Shown here in pieces: positions 7,365 through 15,346 of a DNA stretch of 51,858 bases (position 1 is the stretch's first letter; each line of letters opens with the position of its first letter). Under the pieces are notes generated by a model that was given only the letters and a program-made list of their open reading frames with translations, made no database searches and had not been told where the DNA came from. The DNA is from Cyanobacteria bacterium P01_E01_bin.6 (GTDB lineage: Bacteria > Cyanobacteriota > Cyanobacteriia > CAKZMO01), in NCBI GenBank assembly GCA_039194035.1, contig JBCCWF010000002.1:1-51858 (forward strand), in the 5' to 3' direction. The translations under genes and the position numbers were made by a program.

Positions 7365-9092
7365 ATGACATCCTCATCTCCCAGTTTTAATCAATCTTCC
7401 TTTAATGCTTCAAAGCAGGATTCTCAGATAACCCTTAATGCCGTTATTGTCACTTCCCTAGCCGTTGAATCTCAAGCCGTTCGTTCATTTTTAACCAATG
7501 TTCACGAGGTCACTCATCCTACTGGAACCGTTTATGAGCGGGGTATCTTTGAGGCAGACTCATACACATGGGATGTTTACATTGTCGAAATCGAGCTAGG
7601 TAATATTATTGACGCAGCGGAAATAGAGCGTTCTCTTTCAGTGTCCAAGCCCCACGTCATCCTATTCGTAGGTCTTGCTATTGGTATCAGAAACGTCAAG
7701 ATTGGAGATGTAGTAGTCGCACCAAAGATCTATCGCTATATATTAGATACACGATCAGAAGAACCTGAATTGCGTCCTCCGCTTGGTGCAGAATCTCATG
7801 TGTTGTCAGAATATGCCAAAGCGGAAGCACAAAAAAATGAATGGTTGTCTCGATTACCAAAACCGACTGCTCCTCCCCCAGATGTCATTATTGCGCCGCT
7901 CGTTTCTAGCGAAAAAGTTGTGGCTTCGATGCAGGATCAGAACTATGAGTTTTTACGATCTCATTTTAATGACGCAGTAGCTGTAGATCTAGAAGGATAT
8001 AAATTTCTGGAGAAGATTCCTTCTATCTTTCCCTTTGTCATGGTCATTCGGGGGATTTCTGATCTCATTGATGACGTTGAGCTTAGCCAATACTACCCTG
8101 AGGGGTTAAGTAAAGAAATAGCAGCTCGACATGCTAGTGCTTTTGCAATTCACATACTCTCTAAGTTTGCTAATAGTAAGGATGAACCAGATTTTCAGGC
8201 TGAGTTTGGTGAGCAACAAGATACAGTTGAGACGTTTGGAGTTATTCAACAGTCTCAGCGATCGCAATGCTTTACCGACCCTGAGATTCACGCCAAACTT
8301 GGAATTCAGATTGATCTGATGTTGATTCCCAGAGGCACCTTTGTAATGGGGTCTCCAGAGAATGAACTCGGTCGATATGATGATGAAGATTCACTCCATG
8401 AGGTGACCGTCTCACCCTTTTTGATGGGGCGCTATCCGGTAACGCAAGCCCAATGGAGGGCGGTGGCCAACCGAGAAGACCTGAAAGTTGAGCAAGACCT
8501 TGATCCTGACCCCAGCAAAGTTAAGGGGGAAGATCATCCAGTTGAACGGGTGTCCTGGTATGAAGCGATGGAGTTTTGTCAACGGCTTTCAAGGTTAACG
8601 GGCCACCACTACCGCTTACCTACTGAAGCCGAATGGGAATATGCCTGCCGAGCCGGGACAACAACTCCGTTTCATTTTGGAGAGACCATCACCACTAATT
8701 TGGCGAACTATCGGGGAACTGATAATGAAAGTGAGCCTGAAAACTATCCTGGCAACTATGGAGATGGCCCCAAAGGTGACTATCGGGAAACAACGACTCC
8801 AGTCAATCAGTTTCATCCTCTGGCGAATGCATTTGGCCTATGCGATATGCATGGCAATGTATGGGAGTGGTGTGCCGATCACTGGCATCGCAATTATGAG
8901 GATGATGGGGGTGCGCCAATCGATGGGAATGCTTGGTTGACAGAGGATTCAGATGCTAGTCGAGTGCTACGCGGCGGCTCCTGGTACGACAATCCAAGGG
9001 ATTGCCGTTCCGCGTGTCGCAACGGTCTCAACCCCGGCGACCGCAGCTTCGATATTGGTTTTCGAGTTGTATGCGAGGCCCGAGGACTCTGA
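7365..9092 (+). CDS. DGR target protein 2: N-terminal nucleoside phosphorylase-like (PNP_UDP-type) domain fused to C-terminal FGE-sulfatase/C-type-lectin-fold domain carrying VR2
   Basis: The N-terminus has LNAVIVTSLAVESQAV, HVILFVGLAIGI, GDVVVAPKIYRY, AVAVDLEGYKF and VIRGISDLIDD, matching the phosphorylase-superfamily pattern (GIAGG, GDVVV, EMEG, RGISD) with substitutions. The C-terminus has LIPRGTFVMGS, YPVTQAQW, YRLPTEAEWEYACRAG, HGNVWEWCADHW, RGGSW and IGFRVV. Confidence 0.8.
   Translation: MTSSSPSFNQSSFNASKQDSQITLNAVIVTSLAVESQAVRSFLTNVHEVTHPTGTVYERGIFEADSYTWDVYIVEIELGNIIDAAEIERSLSVSKPHVILFVGLAIGIRNVKIGDVVVAPKIYRYILDTRSEEPELRPPLGAESHVLSEYAKAEAQKNEWLSRLPKPTAPPPDVIIAPLVSSEKVVASMQDQNYEFLRSHFNDAVAVDLEGYKFLEKIPSIFPFVMVIRGISDLIDDVELSQYYPEGLSKEIAARHASAFAIHILSKFANSKDEPDFQAEFGEQQDTVETFGVIQQSQRSQCFTDPEIHAKLGIQIDLMLIPRGTFVMGSPENELGRYDDEDSLHEVTVSPFLMGRYPVTQAQWRAVANREDLKVEQDLDPDPSKVKGEDHPVERVSWYEAMEFCQRLSRLTGHHYRLPTEAEWEYACRAGTTTPFHFGETITTNLANYRGTDNESEPENYPGNYGDGPKGDYRETTTPVNQFHPLANAFGLCDMHGNVWEWCADHWHRNYEDDGGAPIDGNAWLTEDSDASRVLRGGSWYDNPRDCRSACRNGLNPGDRSFDIGFRVVCEARGL
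8967..9090 (+). repeat. DGR variable repeat VR2 (124 nt)
   Basis: Hand alignment to TR gives 14 differences, all at TR adenines, plus the same single 3' non-A difference (G 9085 vs C 7012). It differs from VR1 at many of the same codons. Confidence 0.9.
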
Positions 9093-9132
9093 GTATCCCT
9101 CTTCTCTCTTTTTTCCCTCTTTCTCTCTTCAT

Positions 9133-9147
9133 TCGCGCTTTGCGCGA
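9133..9147 (+). promoter_or_regulatory. GC hairpin downstream of VR2 (TCGCGC-TTT-GCGCGA)
   Basis: It has a 6-bp perfect stem and a 3-nt loop, and is paralogous to 5320-5334. Confidence 0.55.
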
Positions 9148-9310
9148 TCAATTTTTTTTTTATAATCCTCTCCAAATCACTAGAGTTGTTTTTGAGGAAG
9201 CGATCGCACTTAAAATCTACCTTGCTCAGAGTTTGGTCAGAGGTTGTGGCCGAAACCATAACTATTTGTCTCTGCAGGGTTGAGGCGATCGCCCCTTAAC
9301 TCCAGAAAGC

Positions 9311-9344
9311 AAAAAAGGCTAAGGAGATGCTCCTTAGCCTTTTG
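9311..9344. terminator. Bidirectional intrinsic terminator
   Basis: A 12-bp perfect stem AAGGCTAAGGAG/CTCCTTAGCCTT with a 3-nt loop is flanked by an A-run on the left and a T-run on the right. It lies between convergent genes (7365-9092 + and 9414-9674 -). Confidence 0.65.
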
Positions 9345-9413
9345 ATGTGTGAATGAATTCAATCATTCTGCAACCTCTTCAATCACTGAAGTGGTGATTG
9401 AAACCCATACGAT

Positions 9414-9674
9414 CTAGTTTTTGGGAGTGCATCGCTGAGCCACATCGGCCACCAGCGCTTTCACCCTCTTCATGCCTTCTGGATTGACAGTCGGCTTCGC
9501 AGCATTTTGCTGTCGAATCACAATCGTTCCATCCATCGGCATCAGGTCTAACTTCAGCGTCAGCCCTCTACGGTCTTGATGTTTCCATGCAACGCCAATC
9601 TCCCGCCAAATCTCCTTCTGATTCGGGAGCTGCTTAACCGAGTAAGCAATAAACGTTGGCCGATTCTTATTCAT
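9414..9674 (-). CDS. Hypothetical small protein
   Basis: The 86-aa ORF overlaps the upstream minus-strand gene by 8 nt (operon-like). I recognise no family. Confidence 0.4.
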   Translation of the reverse strand: MNKNRPTFIAYSVKQLPNQKEIWREIGVAWKHQDRRGLTLKLDLMPMDGTIVIRQQNAAKPTVNPEGMKRVKALVADVAQRCTPKN

Positions 9675-10038
9675 GACTCCCTCCTCTCGAATATCGAGCT
9701 AGCACATAGGCATTCTCAAACCAGATCACCTGAAACATCTCTCCTTCAATCCGCTGTAAGGATGAGTAGACGGATACCTGATGTGCATCAAGCCATATTT
9801 TCATCTGAGCACCATCACCATCCATCACGACTTGAGCGACCATACCAAGCCACAGTTCCGATTCTTTAACCAAGAACCAACGTCGCCCATCATCATAGGG
9901 TTCAAGCGATTGCCGAGGTACGACATCTATTTGGCTGTGCCAATAGGTCTCCAACTGCTTGGGTAGAGCCTTTGAAGGGGCAAGCTGACTCTCCAGCAGT
10001 TGCGTTTGAGTCTCAACTTTCTTATCGTTATTGTTCAT
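9667..10038 (-). CDS. Hypothetical protein
   Basis: The 123-aa ORF has an ATG start and is coupled to 9414-9674. I recognise no family. Confidence 0.4.
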   Translation of the reverse strand: MNNNDKKVETQTQLLESQLAPSKALPKQLETYWHSQIDVVPRQSLEPYDDGRRWFLVKESELWLGMVAQVVMDGDGAQMKIWLDAHQVSVYSSLQRIEGEMFQVIWFENAYVLARYSRGGSHE

Positions 10039-10053
10039 CCGTTATTTCCTATT

Positions 10054-10085
10054 AAAAAAGAGCGACCGGGTCGGGTCGCTCTTTG
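10054..10085 (-). terminator. Intrinsic terminator after 10122-10457
   Basis: The stem AGAGCGACC/GGTCGCTCT (9 bp) has a 6-nt loop and is followed on the minus strand by TTTTTT. Confidence 0.6.
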
Positions 10086-10121
10086 GGTTGCGATTCGCAG
10101 TGCGAATCAGTAAGGTTTACT

Positions 10122-10457
10122 TCATTGCTTTTGAGAAGAGGCGGCACCGTTGATGTGGGTCTTGGGTGTTGCCTGCTTCGATTTTTTATGCCTATTAGGC
10201 ATTTGCCTTTTCTCAAGCTGTGCCGACAGTGCTTTCATCGTTCCAGTCAACTCCTTGAGTTCGTCTGAGTGATTCAACGCTCTGAGCTGAGCTGAGAGAG
10301 GCTTCAGAGCTGAGATGATTGTCTGCATCTCTTCTCGACAGCTAATCTTTGCAGCGACGCTTGAAAGCCAATTCATCCCATAGGACGCCGCCAGGGTAAT
10401 CAACGCCCCTACGATTCCACCTGAGGCGAACAGCCAATTTTCATAGGTAATTTCCAT
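10122..10457 (-). CDS. Hypothetical membrane-anchored protein
   Basis: The 111-aa ORF has an N-terminal hydrophobic segment (WLFASGGIVGALITLAASYG). AAAGGA lies upstream of the ATG. Confidence 0.45.
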   Translation of the reverse strand: MEITYENWLFASGGIVGALITLAASYGMNWLSSVAAKISCREEMQTIISALKPLSAQLRALNHSDELKELTGTMKALSAQLEKRQMPNRHKKSKQATPKTHINGAASSQKQ

Positions 10458-10498
10458 ATCGTTTCCTTTATGTTTTTCATTATTGCCAATGCGATAGG

Positions 10499-10903
10499 TT
10501 AAGCGACAATCTGCCGATGAGAACGAGCGATGCGTGCATACTCCACTAGAGTGTGCATCGGTTCAAACGACCGTTCTTTTTCAACGGATAAGCCGAGCGG
10601 GCCTCTCAACATGACCAAATCCCGGATGGAGACACTTCCTAATTCTGGAAATCCCACCCCCAAATCACAGAGCCCAAAGGCTATCTCCGGTTCCTCTGGA
10701 TCCAACTCAGACAACAGCCAGGTCATCTGAGCATTGGGAATGAACAATTTGATGAGTGGCTTCTGGGCCATCTCAATGGCTTCTCTCGTTGCAATGGAAC
10801 GAGCATTGAGGCGCTTTTCTGCCTGTTGAATCAGGGATTGAAAGTCCTTAACGCTCATCAGTTTGCGGTGTAGCGATTGATATAGGGTTTGATGGTTATT
10901 CAT
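10499..10903 (-). CDS. DUF2958-like plasmid/ICE protein
   Basis: MTWLLSELDPEEPEIAFGLCDLGVGFPELGSVSIRDL matches my recollection of the DUF2958 signature. The start is taken at the internal ATG (MNNHQ...) rather than the ORF-track start at 11035. Confidence 0.6.
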   Translation of the reverse strand: MNNHQTLYQSLHRKLMSVKDFQSLIQQAEKRLNARSIATREAIEMAQKPLIKLFIPNAQMTWLLSELDPEEPEIAFGLCDLGVGFPELGSVSIRDLVMLRGPLGLSVEKERSFEPMHTLVEYARIARSHRQIVA

Positions 10904-10971
10904 CAGTATTTCCTTATTAAAAAAGGAGGACAAAGCAATGCTTCGCCCTCCAATCGGTTTATTCAATTGTG

Positions 10972-11172
10972 CTATCTGAACTGCATCCTGAAAAACCAGA
11001 GTGCGTTCAAAAGAAGCCAAACTCCTTTCGCGCACCCATCCCAGGACATCGTCCAGAAAACAGACATCAATTCAGACCAATGCATCCCAATCGTCATCAC
11101 CAACCCAAGGGTGGTAATGGTGAGATAAAAGATGTATCGTCCTAATCGAATCAGTGGTACAGCATGTTCCAT
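10972..11172 (-). CDS. Small hydrophobic protein (hypothetical)
   Basis: The 66-aa ORF has a strong RBS AAGGAGG 6 nt upstream of the ATG and one clear hydrophobic segment. Confidence 0.4.
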   Translation of the reverse strand: MEHAVPLIRLGRYIFYLTITTLGLVMTIGMHWSELMSVFWTMSWDGCAKGVWLLLNALWFFRMQFR

Positions 11173-11179
11173 ATTATCC

Positions 11180-11680
11180 TCCTTTATTTAGGTCATTGAG
11201 TTGCTGCTCAATGGCCTTATCTTTTCAGTGAGTTCATCCAATTCCGGTTGAAATCCGATGAATCATTCCACCTGAAATACACACATCCACGACCAGAATT
11301 ACTTCCAGCAGGGACTCTGATGACAGGCTGTCCTGACATCCGTATTCAAAGATGGTTTCAGAAAAGATTGAGAAGGATATAGGCAGGAGAATTAGATATT
11401 AGAATTGTTCAGATGAAATCAATTTTCACTGTATTCATCCGGTATATATTCCGGTCTCTAATTCCATGTTTATTTCGAACAATATTCAGTTTTAATTTCG
11501 AACAGTATTCAGTTTTTAGGTGAGAGAATATACCGCTTTCGTATCCCTATAATGCTTCCCAGATCGGGCATATTTCTCTCTAGTTAACAAACGAATCAAA
11601 CCAAAAAGAAGCACTACAGAAACATCATTAGTATAGCGAAAATCTCTAAGATGAGATCGCTGAATTTAGGTTTTTAATGA
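11180..11680 (+). promoter_or_regulatory. Candidate oriT / relaxase promoter region
   Basis: This AT-rich non-coding 0.5 kb lies immediately upstream of the MobF relaxase gene. It contains tandem 23-bp repeats and TATAAT at 11548-11553. Confidence 0.35.
11472..11517 (+). repeat. Tandem direct repeat, 2 x 23 bp (ATTTCGAACAATATTCAGTTTTA / ATTTCGAACAGTATTCAGTTTTT)
   Basis: Read directly; the two units have two mismatches. Confidence 0.85.
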
Positions 11681-14203
11681 ATGTTATCCATTTCAAAAAT
11701 GGGGAAGGGAAGTGCCCTTTATTATGCGAAGCTAGCCCAAAATCAAGGAGAATTTGATGCATCACAACCGGGTGAGCCACCAGGCGAATGGTTGGGGCGG
11801 GGGGCTGCAACCCTTGGATTGACAGGCACTGTAAATCAAGCAGATTTTCTCGCACTGTTTGATGGCTTTTCAACGGATGGGCAAGCATTTCTAGCCAATG
11901 CAGGTCGAGACAATCATGTGCCGGGATGGGACTTGACGTTTTCATCAGTGAAGTCTGTGGGTGGTCTGTTGTGGGCAGTAGCTCCTGCTCATATCAAGGC
12001 AACACTTGAGTCCTGTCATCATCGGGCAGTGAAGAGGGCGATCGCCTATCTCGAAGAACAGGCGGTTAATCGAAATGGAGAGCAATGCAATTTAGTGATT
12101 GCAGCGTTTCAACATGGAAGTAACCGCAATCTCGATCCAGGGCTGCATACCCACTGTCTAGTGCTGAATCTCGCCGTAGGGCAGATGGCTGGAGAGAAAC
12201 CTCGCCCTCTTTACTCAAAACATCTCTACAAACACAAGCGAGCCGCTGGAGCACTCTACCGCAGTGAGTTTTCGTATTTGCTTCAACAGGAGTTGGGACT
12301 CTCGTTAGAGCGAGTGCGCAGTTGGTTTGAGCTGAAGGGATTTTCGAGAGAACGCGGACGCTATCAGGAACTCATGAATCACTGGTCATCTCGACGACAG
12401 GAGATCGAGACGCAAGAACCTGTGAATGCCCGTCATGCTCAGTTGTTGGCCTATCAAACTCGGCAAGAAAAAGGTGTTGTCCCACCGCGCCATGAACTCT
12501 TTGCCCAGTGGCAAGATACTGCTGCGGAGTATGGATTGACCCAGCGACAGGCCATCCGCTTAGTAAAGCCTCCAAAGCAGCCCTTAACGCTCACACAAAA
12601 GTGGGCAGAATGGCGAACTATTCGAGAAGCTGCTACTGCCGTGATACGGCATCAAAGTCACTTTACCCATCGTGAATTAGTGCAGGCTGTTGCAGAAGCT
12701 TCACAAGCTCGGACGATTTCAGCAGACCGGGTAATGGAACTGACGGAATGGTATCTCACCTCTCGGTACGTGATGCGTCTCGGCATCATTGACGGACAGA
12801 AGCGCTATGCCAATAAACGACTCTATCGCTTAGAGCAGAAACTATTGAATCAAGCCCAAACCCTTAAGCAGTCGAGAGGATATCGAGTCCGGACAAAGAC
12901 AGTCACTCAGGCCGTGATGCGTCACGGCATTAGACCGGAACAGGAGCAGGCCATCGTCACGGTGACGCAACCGTCTCGACTCTCGGTCTTATCCGGTCTT
13001 ACCGGAACGGGGAAGACCCATACCGTGAAGGTGCTCCGGGACATTTACCAGGCCAACGGGCATGAGGTGTTGGGCGTAGCAGCATCCCGACGCGGGATGG
13101 AAAAGCTGCACGAGAAAACGGAACTCAGTCATCAACGCTGGTGGGAACCCTTCGTGGAACACCCCTCAGAACAAACAATGAGTGTGCATCGTTTGTTTAC
13201 TGCCTTGGATCGAGCGCAGGAAAGCCAGTGGCAATATGGCGCTCGATCAGTCGTGCGATCGCCCCTTTCGAATCGAACCGTCGTGATCGTCGATGATGCA
13301 CAGCGCATCAATACCGCCCAGATGAATCGTCTTATCACGGAAGTCAATCAGGCTGCTGCCAAACTAATTCTTTGCGGGGATTTGAAGCAGCAACAAAGTT
13401 ATGAACACCGGGGCGCATTTGCGGCTATTGCACAGCGATTTGGCCATATCCAACTTGAGCACGTGGTACGCCAGGAAGAAGAACAGGCACAAACCATAGT
13501 GCAGCAGATTTCAGAAGGAGAGTCCCAAGCAGTGGTTCGTCGATTAGTAGAACAGGGACAACTTATCTTTGTTGAACACAAAGAAGAGGCCATGCTCCAG
13601 ACCGTTCAACAATGGAAACCGCAGGGTATTCGGCACCCACGACAGCATCTGATGATTACCGAGACCCGAGAAGATGCAAAAACGTTGAATCGGTTAGCGC
13701 AACAAGCTCGGGTTGAATCCGGTGCGTTGAGTCAGGTTGCCGTTAAAGTGAGGGGAGACCATTTTTACAAGGGCGATCGCCTTTTGCTGGCCGAATCGTC
13801 TCATACCTACGGCGTAACAAAAGGAACGTTCGGAACACTGAAGCATCTGGATTCAGTCACTCGCATGGCTGTGGTGAAGCTAGACTCAGGGCAGACTCGG
13901 TTCATCAACACCCGACTGTATCGAGGGTTGGAGTTGGGATATGCAGTGACGACAACAACCGCACGGGACATTGAAGTGAATTATGCTTATGTCATGGCCC
14001 ATGGCGATGGTCGGGAGGCGGCGTTAGTTCAACTCTCGCGAGCACAGAAGCAGACTCAGGTGATTGCCTATGGTCATGGGGTTGAGCATGACCAGACGCA
14101 GAACTTAGCCGATCAACTGAAATACTCAAAGCTTCAGGAATTTGCTGTGATTGCACATGAGCGTGGGAAAGAACAGGCGCAGGAGCAGGGGCGATCGCAC
14201 TAA
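11681..14203 (+). CDS. MobF-family conjugative relaxase (TrwC/TraI-like relaxase domain plus C-terminal P-loop helicase-like domain)
   Basis: The N-terminus MLSISKMGKGSALYYAKL, WDLTFSSVKSV and the histidine motif HGSNRNLDPGLHTHCLVLN are typical of the TrwC relaxase domain. The central P-loop is LSGLTGTGKTH with VVIVDDAQ. Confidence 0.85.
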   Translation: MLSISKMGKGSALYYAKLAQNQGEFDASQPGEPPGEWLGRGAATLGLTGTVNQADFLALFDGFSTDGQAFLANAGRDNHVPGWDLTFSSVKSVGGLLWAVAPAHIKATLESCHHRAVKRAIAYLEEQAVNRNGEQCNLVIAAFQHGSNRNLDPGLHTHCLVLNLAVGQMAGEKPRPLYSKHLYKHKRAAGALYRSEFSYLLQQELGLSLERVRSWFELKGFSRERGRYQELMNHWSSRRQEIETQEPVNARHAQLLAYQTRQEKGVVPPRHELFAQWQDTAAEYGLTQRQAIRLVKPPKQPLTLTQKWAEWRTIREAATAVIRHQSHFTHRELVQAVAEASQARTISADRVMELTEWYLTSRYVMRLGIIDGQKRYANKRLYRLEQKLLNQAQTLKQSRGYRVRTKTVTQAVMRHGIRPEQEQAIVTVTQPSRLSVLSGLTGTGKTHTVKVLRDIYQANGHEVLGVAASRRGMEKLHEKTELSHQRWWEPFVEHPSEQTMSVHRLFTALDRAQESQWQYGARSVVRSPLSNRTVVIVDDAQRINTAQMNRLITEVNQAAAKLILCGDLKQQQSYEHRGAFAAIAQRFGHIQLEHVVRQEEEQAQTIVQQISEGESQAVVRRLVEQGQLIFVEHKEEAMLQTVQQWKPQGIRHPRQHLMITETREDAKTLNRLAQQARVESGALSQVAVKVRGDHFYKGDRLLLAESSHTYGVTKGTFGTLKHLDSVTRMAVVKLDSGQTRFINTRLYRGLELGYAVTTTTARDIEVNYAYVMAHGDGREAALVQLSRAQKQTQVIAYGHGVEHDQTQNLADQLKYSKLQEFAVIAHERGKEQAQEQGRSH

Positions 14204-14466
14204 CATCAGATTGGACTCAATCGAATATTTCACTGCACTACTGCTGCATGAGCAGGCTGTGAGCGGCGATCGCTTTTTTGCTAAATGATGGGCAATACGT
14301 GCTAGCACATAGGCTAAGGCTTTTGGATATGCCCTTTGGGCGATACGTTTGGATATTGAATTGAAAGGGCGATCGCTGTTACTCTAGGAGCATGATCAAA
14401 TTGCTTGCGAAAGCCTTCTCTACGGCACAATATAGATAGGCGAAAGGTGGCTCTGAGGAATTCGAC

Positions 14467-14715
14467 ATGACAATCCAAGAACTTTTGCAGGCCGCACAAG
14501 AACTAAGCCTTGCCGATCAAATTTCGCTTGCCAGCCAGCTAATGCAATCAGCAGCTCAAAAAATACAGATTATGCCATCTGAAACTATCCCACCGGATCC
14601 GATTGATGATCCATTGGTTGGATTCTTTTCAAGCTCACCTGATTTAGCAACCCGTTCTGAAGAGATCTTGACTCAAGAACTCAATTCATCCTCTGGCTTT
14701 TCATGGAAAGGGTAA
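14467..14715 (+). CDS. Putative antitoxin of the adjacent PIN toxin
   Basis: The 82-aa ORF overlaps the PIN gene by 13 nt. The call rests on position. Confidence 0.5.
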   Translation: MTIQELLQAAQELSLADQISLASQLMQSAAQKIQIMPSETIPPDPIDDPLVGFFSSSPDLATRSEEILTQELNSSSGFSWKG

Positions 14716-15116
14716 TTGCTGATACTGGTTTTGTGGTGGCCTTGGGAAATCGTTCTGACCAGCGCCATGTCGATGTTTTCCCAATTTATCTAGAATATCC
14801 ACGTATCTTACTGCCTCAGGTCGTGTTAGTTGAAGTGGCGTATCTGATTGGTCGAGATGCCGGGATCGGCGCTGTCGTAAGTCTCCTGCTAGGTCTTCCA
14901 AACAGTCGATTTGAGCTCATGTCTGCAACAGAGACAGATATCGCTCGCACGGCTGAACTACTGGCGCAATATGCTGACAGCAAGGTTGATTTTGTGGATG
15001 CCTGTGTCATGGCCATTGCTGAGCGTCTCCAAATCAAAACGGTTCTGACCATCGATCAACGCGATTTCCGTCTTGTCAGGCCCAATCATTGCGACGGATT
15101 CACCTTACGCCCATAA
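14703..15116 (+). CDS. vapC: PIN-domain toxin (VapC-like)
   Basis: VIADTGFVVAL (first acidic residue), DFVDACVMAIAERL and TIDQRDFRLV fit the PIN-domain pattern. The size is 137 aa. Confidence 0.7.
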   Translation: MERVIADTGFVVALGNRSDQRHVDVFPIYLEYPRILLPQVVLVEVAYLIGRDAGIGAVVSLLLGLPNSRFELMSATETDIARTAELLAQYADSKVDFVDACVMAIAERLQIKTVLTIDQRDFRLVRPNHCDGFTLRP

Positions 15117-15346
15117 CATTCTGGTGAACGATACTGCTAATGCACAAGCCATGTCTTCTGTTCAGCCACTTGGACGATGCACTTTCGATGCGGATGAGAA
15201 GAGAGAGCTATGGTGGAGTGGTGAGAGGGCGATCGCTGTAGGGATAGCAGACCTCAATGTTACCATCATTGTCACATTGGATAAATGGAAGAGGCGATCG
15301 CACCCGTATTGCAACTTTCGAAAGGGTTGCTTCTGGAGAGAGAAAG

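Noticed and set aside
8894-9283. ORFs 8953-9165 +, 9002-9283 + and 8894-9259 - lie across VR2 and its downstream module.
   Set aside because: These are alternative-frame or antisense read-throughs of VR2 and the CT-rich tract, with no coding signal.
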